A DNA stretch of 32,000 nucleotides. Origin: Cronobacter phage vB_Cdu_VP8. Made by a program: the position numbers and the translations under genes. Below, piece after piece: positions 17,152-25,656 of the stretch (its first letter is position 1; each line of letters starts with the position of its first letter). The stretch lies in the sequence record OQ361773.1, one strand, 5' to 3'. The notes under the pieces are model-generated. The model searched no databases. It saw only the letters and a program-made list of their open reading frames with translations, and was not told where the DNA came from.

Positions 17152-17317
17152 TCATAGATGTGATTTTAGCGATCGCTTGTTCGTGATAAGCGATACGACT
17201 TTTGCATTCAGGCAGATCTTTTGCCCAGGATACCTTAGAGCGTTCCAACGCCTCTTTGTGACGAGACTTGCAGAACTTCAGGTCTTCAATTTTGTGTTTG
17301 GATGTGTTCTGCATCAT
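17126..17317 (-). CDS. hypothetical protein, about 63 aa (start trimmed to MMQNTSKHKIEDLKFC)
   Basis: GGAAGG SD upstream of ATGATG; track N-terminus (to 17431) is shadow of the RMF-like ORF. Confidence 0.65.
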   Translation of the reverse strand: MMQNTSKHKIEDLKFCKSRHKEALERSKVSWAKDLPECKSRIAYHEQAIAKITSMIEELEHAQ

Positions 17318-17450
17318 TCCAACCTTCCATCCAGCACGAGGCAGATTCAGTTTCGAGTGAGTAAGGGCACTCTTTACGAGCAATGCCCATGACGTATGCT
17401 TCAAAGCCTTCAGCCCACCAGGTTTGTTCATCTACGTAAGACGGAGTCAT
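17286..17450 (-). CDS. RMF-like small protein, 54 aa (MTPSYVDEQTWWAEGFEAYVMGIARKECPYSLETESASCWMEGWNDAEHIQTQN)
   Basis: EGF.AY.MG...KECPY......CWMEGWNDA matches the G..A...G....CPY......W..GW..A pattern of ribosome-modulation-factor-like small proteins; ATGA coupling. Confidence 0.7.
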   Translation of the reverse strand: MTPSYVDEQTWWAEGFEAYVMGIARKECPYSLETESASCWMEGWNDAEHIQTQN

Positions 17451-17599
17451 GGTTTCGTCCTCGATTGACGATGTGGATTTGGATACCGTGAACAGGTTTT
17501 CTGGTGTTCCAGAGTGTGGTAATCACGGTTGCAGTTGCACATGCCTTTATCAGGATCGTTTTTCGGTTCAGGCATTCCAGAGAATTTGAAGAGTCTCAT
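17447..17599 (-). CDS. small Cys-containing protein, 50 aa (MRLFKFSGMPEPKNDPDKGMCNCNRDYHTLEHQKTCSRYPNPHRQSRTKP)
   Basis: ATGA overlaps on both sides; possible C-x-C...H...C metal site. Confidence 0.6.
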   Translation of the reverse strand: MRLFKFSGMPEPKNDPDKGMCNCNRDYHTLEHQKTCSRYPNPHRQSRTKP

Positions 17600-17826
17600 G
17601 CTACCACCTCAAGGACAAATTCGTTAGAGTGTTTGTGAAGGCCCAAGAAGAACACGTTGAAATGACGAAGGCCTACCTGTTTGAATTCAAAATAGATACC
17701 TTGAACGTACGGGTTATCAGCACCTTTCCAAGTTACCTTTGGAGACTTGTTCCATGCTTCTACGAAAAGTTTAGCAACACCTGGTTTATTGTTTGGTTCC
17801 ATTTCGATAATTTGTGCGAGTTCCAT
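17596..17826 (-). CDS. hypothetical protein, 76 aa (start trimmed to MELAQIIEMEP)
   Basis: region upstream of MELAQ reads through the promoter/SD (IRLPYQPNRRNK). Confidence 0.75.
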   Translation of the reverse strand: MELAQIIEMEPNNKPGVAKLFVEAWNKSPKVTWKGADNPYVQGIYFEFKQVGLRHFNVFFLGLHKHSNEFVLEVVA

Positions 17827-17855
17827 TTTGTTTCTCCTGTTTGGTTGATAGGGTA

Positions 17856-17884
17856 ATCTTATCAAACTACCCTATCAATGTACA
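17856..17884 (-). promoter_or_regulatory. early-type promoter: TGTACA, 17-nt spacer, TAAGAT
   Basis: plus strand tgtaca (17879-17884), atctta (17856-17861). Confidence 0.7.
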
Positions 17885-17892
17885 ACATTATT

Positions 17893-18138
17893 TTATGCTT
17901 TTATGTGATCCCAAATGCGATCTTCGATGAATGCTACTTCACTTGGGAAAACAACGTCATAGTTGTTGATGAAGTAGTGTTCGCCATTCGCACGAGAGCC
18001 AATTATTACAGTGTGCACTTCGCCTTCATGAGTTTCGATTACGAATGGAGTTTTGTATCGTTCCATTTCTGATAGACGCTTCATCTGGGCTGGGACTTTA
18101 AACTCGAATTCCATCAAATCAATTGTCTTGCGTTTCAT
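17893..18138 (-). CDS. hypothetical protein, 81 aa
   Basis: ORF directly downstream of promoter at 18160-18188. Confidence 0.75.
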   Translation of the reverse strand: MKRKTIDLMEFEFKVPAQMKRLSEMERYKTPFVIETHEGEVHTVIIGSRANGEHYFINNYDVVFPSEVAFIEDRIWDHIKA

Positions 18139-18159
18139 ATTGTCTCCTTGGTTTTGTTT

Positions 18160-18188
18160 ATTCTATCACAACCTACATCCACTGTAAA
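18160..18188 (-). promoter_or_regulatory. early-type promoter: TTTACA, 17-nt spacer, TAGAAT
   Basis: plus strand tgtaaa (18183-18188), attcta (18160-18165). Confidence 0.75.
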
Positions 18189-18191
18189 CAA

Positions 18192-18211
18192 CAAAAGGGC
18201 CGAGGCCCTTT
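18192..18211 (-). terminator. rho-independent terminator after gene 41
   Basis: minus-strand AAAAGGGC-CTCG-GCCCTTTT then GTTG. Confidence 0.8.
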
Positions 18212-19642
18212 TTAGAATTGCAACTTCTCAACGAGATCATCTACTGTAGTTCGTTTGTTGTTCAGTAACGCACGATCTTCATGGTCTTGGATGTTCATTT
18301 TTCCATACGCTTCTTGAACACTTGGAGTTCCTGCAGACAATGCTTTGGTATCGTCTGTTTCATACCATCGTTGATTTCCTTTCTTAACACCAAGTTTGAA
18401 GTGTTTGATGTAATTCTTGTCACCATAGCGAGATTTGATTTGAATGAACTGTTGCAAACCTTGTTGAGCGAGTTCGTCAATCTCTACAACGCCAAGCATA
18501 AAGTCTGCTGTTGCTGGTAGACCTGCAGATTCTGCAACGTCCGACATGTTCAAGTCCGAAGATTCCCATGAACCTTTACCTGTCTGAGCACCAGACCACA
18601 TCACAGTGTCAGATTCAACTGCTAAACCACGAAGCTCTTCAGCAATCGACTTGACCAGAACGTAGGTGTTTTCGCCGCCTCGAACTCGGGTGGAAGCTGC
18701 GATGCCGAGATAGTCGACCATGATTACGTCTGGAACGAATCCTTTCTTCAACTTCAGTTCGTTCAGTAATGCACGGAAGGTGTTGGCGTTTGCGCCAGCA
18801 GTTGGATACTGTTTAACGATCAGTTTACCAATCTTGCCAGAACATGCTCGTTTCATCCGAGCTTCATATTCTTTGAAGCCTACCACACCATCATCAAGTT
18901 CATCCAACGAGATGTCCAGAATGTTGGCATCGATACGTTTCGCACAAACTCGTTCAGCCATCTCCATCGAGATGTACAGTACGTTGTAGCCTTCTTTCAG
19001 ATAATCTGCTGCTAACGAACACAGACCCAAAGATTTACCAACGTTGACACCAGCCATGAGAATGTTCAGTGTCCCACGCTCCGCTCCACCTTTTGTGATT
19101 TTATTCAAAATTGGAATTGAGAATGGAATTTTGGCAGTTTTCTCGAAGTATGAACGGAAACGGTCAGCATAATCTTCGGCCCAGTCATGACCAACCGATG
19201 TGTCGAATGAGATTGCAAGAGCCTTCTGCATCAACTCTGTGATGACACCAGGTTCTGGAATTCTCTTGTCTCTTTTTTCTGGTGGTAGTTCTGCGTTGGA
19301 TTGGATTTCAACAGCTCGTGATAGAGCATTGTACATCGCACGATCTTTGACGTATTTTTCAGTCTCTTTGACCAACCAATCCAAATTTTCTGGAACTTCT
19401 TTGAGTTCCTTAGTCAGTGATTTTGTGTTTTCAAATTCAACCTCACCAAGATTGGATTTATTCAATGCTACTTCAATTGCAGTCATAGAAGGTTGAGAGT
19501 TGTATTCGATGACATGCTTATTGATTATTTTGAACAAGTTCCGAGCTGGACCTGGTTCAAAATATTCGGCTGACATATACGGCCAAACTTTTTGGAAATA
19601 AGATGGATTGAATACCAAATGGGAGAGAATTGTTTCGACCAC
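18212..19642 (-). CDS. 41: replicative DNA helicase gp41 (DnaB-like)
   Basis: GGAERGTLNILMAGVNVGKSLGLC Walker A, LYISMEMAE, VIMVDYLGI, size 476 aa, upstream uvsX. Confidence 0.95.
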   Translation of the reverse strand: MVETILSHLVFNPSYFQKVWPYMSAEYFEPGPARNLFKIINKHVIEYNSQPSMTAIEVALNKSNLGEVEFENTKSLTKELKEVPENLDWLVKETEKYVKDRAMYNALSRAVEIQSNAELPPEKRDKRIPEPGVITELMQKALAISFDTSVGHDWAEDYADRFRSYFEKTAKIPFSIPILNKITKGGAERGTLNILMAGVNVGKSLGLCSLAADYLKEGYNVLYISMEMAERVCAKRIDANILDISLDELDDGVVGFKEYEARMKRACSGKIGKLIVKQYPTAGANANTFRALLNELKLKKGFVPDVIMVDYLGIAASTRVRGGENTYVLVKSIAEELRGLAVESDTVMWSGAQTGKGSWESSDLNMSDVAESAGLPATADFMLGVVEIDELAQQGLQQFIQIKSRYGDKNYIKHFKLGVKKGNQRWYETDDTKALSAGTPSVQEAYGKMNIQDHEDRALLNNKRTTVDDLVEKLQF

Positions 19643-19643
19643 A

Positions 19644-20009
19644 TTAACCTCTGAATTTACCGAACCATGATGATTTACTTTCTGATTGTGATTTTAACAC
19701 ATCCGCTGCAACAGCAGCAAGACATTCATCAATCAGGCTACTCACTAACTGCTTGTCTTCAGATGGAGTACTGAAGTCCACTACAAACTGATTTTTCAGC
19801 ATATGCATACCGTGAATGTATGCAATATGAGCTTTGCCAGTTTTGTCTATCAACAGCATTTCATGCTTGACAGTTTTCATAGCTTCTTGGAGTTTGGAAT
19901 AACCATCGTCCAATGCCTTTTTCGTATCTGAACTATCAGGAACTGGCTGAGTTTCCCCAGCCAGTGAATCTAGTTCGAGATCGATTTCTTTGATCTCTTG
20001 TTCAGTCAT
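19644..20009 (-). CDS. 121-aa protein at the gene 40 (head vertex assembly chaperone) position
   Basis: located between uvsX and 41 as in T4; size similar; homology not confirmed. Confidence 0.5.
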   Translation of the reverse strand: MTEQEIKEIDLELDSLAGETQPVPDSSDTKKALDDGYSKLQEAMKTVKHEMLLIDKTGKAHIAYIHGMHMLKNQFVVDFSTPSEDKQLVSSLIDECLAAVAADVLKSQSESKSSWFGKFRG

Positions 20010-21193
20010 TCACTATCCAAACCGCTCTCAAGTTCAGCGAAGTCATTGTCGATTTCAGGTTCATCTTCAATCGCTGCCGCTTTCTCAGCCTTCCGAGCAG
20101 ATTTCTTATCGAGTTTAATTGCTTCTGCTAACAGATCATCAACTTCAGAATCAACAACACCATCTGTTACCATGGCACCGAGTTTGTATTTCATGCGAAT
20201 AGCTTCACGGAATGGTTCATGCTTGATCATATCACCCCAGAATTCGAGTGAACGAGTAGCATTTGCACGCCAGTTCTTCTCTTCGGTTACCATCTCACCA
20301 GTTTCCTCGTCCAGATAGGATTTGGCAAACCAACCATTCTTAGGCTTAACAACGAAACCGAGTTCCATGGCTACATCCAACAAACCAGAGAATGGGTCAA
20401 TACCACCTTTGAAAGTAACGTCGATGAAGAATTTGGACTTCTCTTTAACTGTACGAGATTTTTCTGCGTTCAGTACGAACTGATAACCTTCAAGCTCAGT
20501 ACCATCTTTGATCTGACGACGACCAATGATAAACACTGTATCAGCAGAGTACATGATACCAGTACCGCCAGTCATCACAGTCTTACTGAACATTTCCATC
20601 GTTTCGATTGTGTGGTTAATTGCAACACATGGGATGTCCTTCGTAGTGAAGTACGGAGTTGCCATACGGAACAGAGATTTCAGCTGTTTCGCACGAGTCA
20701 TGTCTGCAACTGATTTTTCGTTCAGAGCATCTTCAACTTCCTTCTTGGAAGCAGTGTTACCGATGGAATCGATAAACACAATGACATGTTCGCCACGTTC
20801 GATTGCATGAAGCTGGTTGATCATATCCAGTTTCAGTTCTTCAACGTTCATAATCGGAGTGTGAACTACACGCTCTGGGTCTACACCCATGGATTTCAGA
20901 TACGCTGGAGTTATACCGAATTCGCTGTCGTAGAACAAGCAGATTGCATCAGGATGATTTCGCATATAAGCAGCTACAAGTGTCAAACCCATGTTGGATT
21001 TGAAGTGCTTAGAAGGACCAGCCAGGACAGTCAAACCAGATTGGAGACCACCAACAATATCACCAGATAATGCGATATTCAGCATTGGAATCTTGGTGCG
21101 AGAAACAGATTTGTCGTTGAATAGATGAGATTTATCCAGAGACTTGGTGTTTTTGTTGGTAGAAGCTTTGATCAAACGATCTTTTAACGACAT
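20006..21193 (-). CDS. uvsX: UvsX RecA-like recombinase
   Basis: IPMLNIALSGDIVGGLQSGLTVLAGPSKHFKSNMGL, LFYDSEFGITPAYLKSMG, VFIDSIGN, TGGTGIMYSADTVFIIGRRQ. Confidence 0.96.
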   Translation of the reverse strand: MSLKDRLIKASTNKNTKSLDKSHLFNDKSVSRTKIPMLNIALSGDIVGGLQSGLTVLAGPSKHFKSNMGLTLVAAYMRNHPDAICLFYDSEFGITPAYLKSMGVDPERVVHTPIMNVEELKLDMINQLHAIERGEHVIVFIDSIGNTASKKEVEDALNEKSVADMTRAKQLKSLFRMATPYFTTKDIPCVAINHTIETMEMFSKTVMTGGTGIMYSADTVFIIGRRQIKDGTELEGYQFVLNAEKSRTVKEKSKFFIDVTFKGGIDPFSGLLDVAMELGFVVKPKNGWFAKSYLDEETGEMVTEEKNWRANATRSLEFWGDMIKHEPFREAIRMKYKLGAMVTDGVVDSEVDDLLAEAIKLDKKSARKAEKAAAIEDEPEIDNDFAELESGLDSE

Positions 21194-21240
21194 ATGATTT
21201 CCTAATGATCAATAATATTCTCCTCACAAGATGGATGAAA

Positions 21241-21259
21241 GACCCTCATTACAAGGGTC
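21241..21259 (-). terminator. hairpin/terminator candidate between uvsX and bgt
   Basis: minus-strand GACCCT-TGTAATG-AGGGTC-TTTC. Confidence 0.5.
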
Positions 21260-21277
21260 ATTTTATATCAAGATGGC

Positions 21278-22330
21278 TTAAGCAATTGCTGCGATGAAGG
21301 CTTTCTGCCACTCAGCCTTATCAGCGATGACTTCTTTCAGTCGTTTATGCTGATTGGTTTTGAGTGCCCACCGAAGAGTTGGATCAGCTTTGATTGCTTC
21401 GATCTTTTCTACTAGTTCGTCCTTTGTACGGAAGTAGAATCGACTGTCGCTGATGATCAGATGATTTGAGTCGAACTCTTCGTCAATCAACATGATCGCA
21501 TCAGAAGACATAGTCTCCCAAACACGCAGAGTGATGAAGTTGTCGTTGTACAGCTTGTCACCGATAACCAGAGTGGTCAAACCAGAATCATTCTTGGCTT
21601 GAACATCTGACATTGGAATCTTGCCAGTGAATCGAGGAGCTTCAGTCCATGGGAATTTTTTGTTCTTGAACTGGGCTGCTTTGGCATTGCCATAGAATTC
21701 AACTGACAGAGTGGTATGGTCGAACAGGAAATTGACCATTTTCTCTTCACGTGCACCGCCACGGAAGGAACCACCATAGATCAGATCAGATGTCTTTTCA
21801 GCTGGTTCAGAGATTTTGAAATCGGCGCCATAGATCTTGTATCGTTCCAGCGGGAAGTAACGATAAGTGATGGCAGCTTGCACCTTGCTGTGCACCTTAC
21901 GAATGGTTTCCAGATCGTAACCCTGAGAGATGATGTTCACAGGAGATGAAATCCAGACTTCTTCTTTTTTGTAACCCCAACCACGGTGTTCGATAGATGG
22001 CCAAAGCTGGTTGAATGTCAATCGAATGTCAGTCAACAGATAGTTGATGGTACCTTTGTACTGTGCCATCAGTTTGTAGTTGTTGATGATCGTTGGAGAT
22101 TCTTTACCACCAAAGAAGTTGATAGCTCCACCGATAACCAGCAGATGATTGTACGAGTTGATGTCGCTCACCTGTTCAAAGGATACGACATCATCAGAAG
22201 GTTTGTTGGAAATAACGTCTACTTCATAGCCCATATCACGAAGAGCAGATGCCATGTACAGAGTTTCGCCAGACGGAGTAGTTTTGTATCCAGTCACGTT
22301 GTTGGCGAGGTTCAGCAGTGCAATTTTCAT
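21278..22330 (-). CDS. bgt: DNA beta-glucosyltransferase (5hmC) homologue; likely start MKIALLNLANN
   Basis: INFFGGK, YYLxTDIRLxFxQxWP-like NYLLTDIRLTFNQLWPSIEHRGW, VISQGYDLETI, DLIYGGSFRGGAREEKMVNFLFD, FTGKIPMSDV, YNDNFITLRVWETMSSDAIMLIDEEFD match T4 BGT. Confidence 0.93.
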   Translation of the reverse strand: MKIALLNLANNVTGYKTTPSGETLYMASALRDMGYEVDVISNKPSDDVVSFEQVSDINSYNHLLVIGGAINFFGGKESPTIINNYKLMAQYKGTINYLLTDIRLTFNQLWPSIEHRGWGYKKEEVWISSPVNIISQGYDLETIRKVHSKVQAAITYRYFPLERYKIYGADFKISEPAEKTSDLIYGGSFRGGAREEKMVNFLFDHTTLSVEFYGNAKAAQFKNKKFPWTEAPRFTGKIPMSDVQAKNDSGLTTLVIGDKLYNDNFITLRVWETMSSDAIMLIDEEFDSNHLIISDSRFYFRTKDELVEKIEAIKADPTLRWALKTNQHKRLKEVIADKAEWQKAFIAAIA

Positions 22331-22365
22331 TTTATTTCCTTTGTTTTGATTTCGTATCAATTATA

Positions 22366-23226
22366 TCATGGTTGGCGTTCAATAGGGAATTGTGCTTCAA
22401 ACTCTTGCAGTTTTTCCCATTGAGGAGATTTCTTACGCGTGCCAGAATTAATACGAATACGTTTGGTATGTTCAGTACCACCGAACAGATTTTGGTATTC
22501 GCCATTCTTAAGTTTCTTTTCATAGAACTTGGCGTTGTTCGGAAAATCTTTAACAATTCGTTCTAGTGCTGCGTTATGACGGGCATTGTCACGAATAGAA
22601 GAACAACCACCTGCTGCACCAGCTTTACCAGTGATGGCGATGTATTTCTGGACGGCCAGATGATGGTAACCAGAAGTGATCAGCCGCAAATATGAATAAG
22701 CATCTTCACACAGATCAACGATACCATAACCGATTTGTTCTGCATCAAGGACAGTCAAATCGTAGAAGGTGTTGGTAAAACCATAGCTGTTTTCTTTGAA
22801 TGGAGCAACCGCGCCGGGCATCATAAAGACTGGATACTGACTATGGCCATGAGTGTAACCCATATCCATCCATGCGTTGATTTCCATCAGGAACTGATAG
22901 AACTCGGCATGAGTCATTTTACGCTGGTGAGATACGCGCCGATTGTCACGATCACGAATGAAAGTTGTGGTGATGTAGGTGTCATCGTCCAGCATCCAGA
23001 TACGTTGACCTTTGTACAGTTCAGTGATAGCACGACGAGTATCGGCGATACCGGTCAGACCTTCAACTGGGATGATTTTTGCCAAGTGTCCGCATGATTT
23101 TTCGTATGCTTCTTTTTCTTCTGGACGAACAATGATGTGCGGGAAATAACCTTCAGGGAACATTGTCAGGGCCAGAACATTATCTGGCCGCTGATAGGAA
23201 GGGATTACAAATTGAATGTGTTGCAT
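22366..23226 (-). CDS. GT-A-type glycosyltransferase candidate, TET-associated-GT-like, 286 aa
   Basis: IQFVIPSYQRPDNV...GIADTRRAITELYKGQRIWMLDDDTYI, with a DxD-type motif; sits between bgt and gene 42. Confidence 0.65.
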   Translation of the reverse strand: MQHIQFVIPSYQRPDNVLALTMFPEGYFPHIIVRPEEKEAYEKSCGHLAKIIPVEGLTGIADTRRAITELYKGQRIWMLDDDTYITTTFIRDRDNRRVSHQRKMTHAEFYQFLMEINAWMDMGYTHGHSQYPVFMMPGAVAPFKENSYGFTNTFYDLTVLDAEQIGYGIVDLCEDAYSYLRLITSGYHHLAVQKYIAITGKAGAAGGCSSIRDNARHNAALERIVKDFPNNAKFYEKKLKNGEYQNLFGGTEHTKRIRINSGTRKKSPQWEKLQEFEAQFPIERQP

Positions 23227-23275
23227 TTCTCTACCTGTTTGTTGTTTGGATTAGGTAGATTATACAACGTAGGAT

Positions 23276-24208
23276 TTATAGCGAGTATTCTGTACCATCA
23301 ACTTCGATGAAGGTAGGTCTGGTTTGATCAAGATATGGCTTGTTGGTTGTGATGTTCATTCCAGCATAGAAAATCTCTGCCCACCCAAGATCGTACGTAT
23401 CTCTTATGTCAATGTTGATCAAAACATTGAGATTCTCATGCAGGAACAATCCGTAATGCTCAAACAAAGACAGTTCTTTGCCGTAGAAATAACAGTTTCT
23501 TGCAGGAGATCTACGATTTGTACGGTTAGCGCACCACCAAACATATTGCAACCCAGTAGCAGAAGTCTGCTCATAATCTGTATCTGAACTAGTGTTGATA
23601 GGGAACAGATACCACTGTTTATCACGAACAAAGGTCTTACCCTTGCTCTGGAAGTGATTCCATTTCACAGGATCGATGCATCGTTGATTGAGCTTTACCT
23701 TACTAAGAAGCTCTGGGTCATATGCAATAACCACATCCTTGGACTGTTGAGTCAAAAGCAACCCTTTACGACACTTACGGAAATCTGCCATCTTGGTTTC
23801 AAAGAATTGGTCTTCGAATGTCGGGTTGGCATCATTTTTAAGGTAGTTGTAAACACAGATCAGAGGCAGATCACCTCGATAACCAGGCACAGAGTTTACG
23901 ATTGCAGTCAGGTTGTTGACTTGTGCGAATCCATTCAGAGCAATTTGTCGGCGCCAGAAGAACTTCACGTTTTGCACTGGGTCTGGGTCATATTGGATGT
24001 GAACAAGGTGACGTGCACTTGACCATGGAAGTTGCTCAATGAATCTCATTTCATCCCAATTAATACCTTTTGGTACTACAATGAAATCGCCAGGTTGAGA
24101 GCGCATCAAATGGAGTTGAAAATCGTGATCATTAATGATTGACCACTCTCCTGTAGCTGGGTCATAACCTTGAGTGTAGTTCGGAACGATTAATACTGAC
24201 ATATACAC
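23276..24208 (-). CDS. uncharacterized 310-aa protein in the DNA-modification cluster
   Basis: ORF within bgt/GT-A/gene 42 cluster; NCYFYGKELSLFEHYG...AEIFYAGMNI weakly reminiscent of GT-B C-terminal domains. Confidence 0.75.
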   Translation of the reverse strand: MYMSVLIVPNYTQGYDPATGEWSIINDHDFQLHLMRSQPGDFIVVPKGINWDEMRFIEQLPWSSARHLVHIQYDPDPVQNVKFFWRRQIALNGFAQVNNLTAIVNSVPGYRGDLPLICVYNYLKNDANPTFEDQFFETKMADFRKCRKGLLLTQQSKDVVIAYDPELLSKVKLNQRCIDPVKWNHFQSKGKTFVRDKQWYLFPINTSSDTDYEQTSATGLQYVWWCANRTNRRSPARNCYFYGKELSLFEHYGLFLHENLNVLINIDIRDTYDLGWAEIFYAGMNITTNKPYLDQTRPTFIEVDGTEYSL

Positions 24209-24216
24209 CTCACGTG

Positions 24217-24236
24217 AAAAAGGGAGCCGAAGCTCC
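24217..24236 (-). terminator. rho-independent terminator after gene 42
   Basis: minus-strand GGGAGC-TTCG-GCTCCC-TTTT with UUCG tetraloop. Confidence 0.88.
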
Positions 24237-24244
24237 CGACAAGG

Positions 24245-24988
24245 TTATTTATTTTCTGATTTGATTCTGTAATATTCGTCAATTTCTTTCTTAGTTGCTG
24301 AATATTCACCAGTGTCAGCATAATAGTCCAAGAAATAGAAATGTTTCTCGTACAAATGGAGTGACCCAACATTCCAGTAGATTTCACCTGGAATAACATC
24401 TACGCCTTTCTTACGAAGTTCATTGACTAATTCATTCAATACATATTTCTGCCAATGAAAATCATTACGATATCCGAAAAATGCATCGTTTGAGCGCATA
24501 TAGACTGAAACATGAAGCTTACCACGACGGATGAAGTACTGGACGTTGGATGTGCACATAAAATCACTCATGCCATCACGTTTGTAATCATCATGCATAC
24601 TTGGGCGAGTGTAGATCATCTGAGCTCGACGAGAATCTGGATTACGAGCAAGTTCCTCGAGAACTCGTTCAAACTGGAATCCATTGCCACGAGACCAGAT
24701 TGCCCAGCCATAGTTGGAGTTAATTTCACCTTTAGTGGATGCGATTGCTTGCCAGATTGCAGGAACCTTACCAGGAATGTCTTTGACGAACAGAGATTTG
24801 GATTTGTACCACTCTAATTCACGTTCAACATATTCGAGGTTTGGTTTACCAAAGATGACATCTTCATTTGCGATGAATGATACACCCAACATTTCAACAG
24901 TTTTAACGCCAGTTTTATCTGTGACAAAATCTTGTTCAAGGAATTTTGTCATCAGCGAATCACGAATATCTTCGATACTGAAATGCAT
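24245..24988 (-). CDS. 42: dCMP hydroxymethylase gp42 (thymidylate-synthase fold)
   Basis: RELEWYKSKSLFVKDIPG, GEINSNYGWAIWS, NPDSRRAQMIYTRPSM, DGMSDFMCTSNVQYFIR, MRSNDAFFGYRNDF.WQKYVL, YWNVGSLHLY. Confidence 0.96.
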   Translation of the reverse strand: MHFSIEDIRDSLMTKFLEQDFVTDKTGVKTVEMLGVSFIANEDVIFGKPNLEYVERELEWYKSKSLFVKDIPGKVPAIWQAIASTKGEINSNYGWAIWSRGNGFQFERVLEELARNPDSRRAQMIYTRPSMHDDYKRDGMSDFMCTSNVQYFIRRGKLHVSVYMRSNDAFFGYRNDFHWQKYVLNELVNELRKKGVDVIPGEIYWNVGSLHLYEKHFYFLDYYADTGEYSATKKEIDEYYRIKSENK

Positions 24989-24997
24989 TTCTACCTC

Positions 24998-25459
24998 TTA
25001 CTTGTTGAAAATGTTCTTTTCTGGATTTTGACCATCGATTTTGCCACGAGAATATGCAACAAAGAACGATGCGTAGTTGATCAAATCCTTGGCAGAATCT
25101 TCCAGAGATTCGAAGTTGGTACTTTCACCAGCTTGGATTTTGTCCATCACAGATTTCATGCGCAACATCTTGGCATGCATGATGTCATGGATGGTTTGTA
25201 CGCCATTGACATAATAGTCTGCTTGACGAACAGAAGATGCTTTGCTCTGATAATCAGAACCTTTGGCATTTTGCAGTTCGATACATTCACGTAGAACTTT
25301 TACAGATTCACGTTCTTCTGGGCTCTGACCACATGTGCCAACAGTTGGTGGAACAATACGGCGGCTATCAAATTTCATAGTTTCGTATGGAGTTGTCATG
25401 GTGTCCTTGGAGTATTTGATGGAATTGATTTGACTGAAGAAGTTGTTTACTGTAGGCAT
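24998..25459 (-). CDS. nucleotide-modification-associated domain 1 (DUF1599)-like protein, 153 aa
   Basis: KGSDYQSK...GVQTIHDIMHAKMLRMKSVMD...FESLEDSAKDLINYASFFVAYSRG; next to gene 42. Confidence 0.55.
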   Translation of the reverse strand: MPTVNNFFSQINSIKYSKDTMTTPYETMKFDSRRIVPPTVGTCGQSPEERESVKVLRECIELQNAKGSDYQSKASSVRQADYYVNGVQTIHDIMHAKMLRMKSVMDKIQAGESTNFESLEDSAKDLINYASFFVAYSRGKIDGQNPEKNIFNK

Positions 25460-25656
25460 TATAACACCTCTTGAACACGTTCAACAACATTGCTTACATA
25501 CATGCGAGATGCAGCGATTTGTTCATCGATGTTTTTAGGATAGGAACCCTTGAAATGGCGCTTTGTACCTTCAATTTCAAGGACGAGTGACGTTTCTAAC
25601 GCCTGCAGAGCCGCAATTGCGGCTCTTGTTTCTTTCAATCTTTGTTGGGCATTCAT
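25459..25656 (-). CDS. hypothetical protein, 65 aa
   Basis: ORF, ATGA overlap with imm-like gene. Confidence 0.7.
   Translation of the reverse strand: MNAQQRLKETRAAIAALQALETSLVLEIEGTKRHFKGSYPKNIDEQIAASRMYVSNVVERVQEVL

Noticed and set aside
24190-24399. 69-aa minus-strand ORF over the gp42 3' end
   Set aside because: Reads through the gp42 C-terminus and the terminator hairpin in another frame
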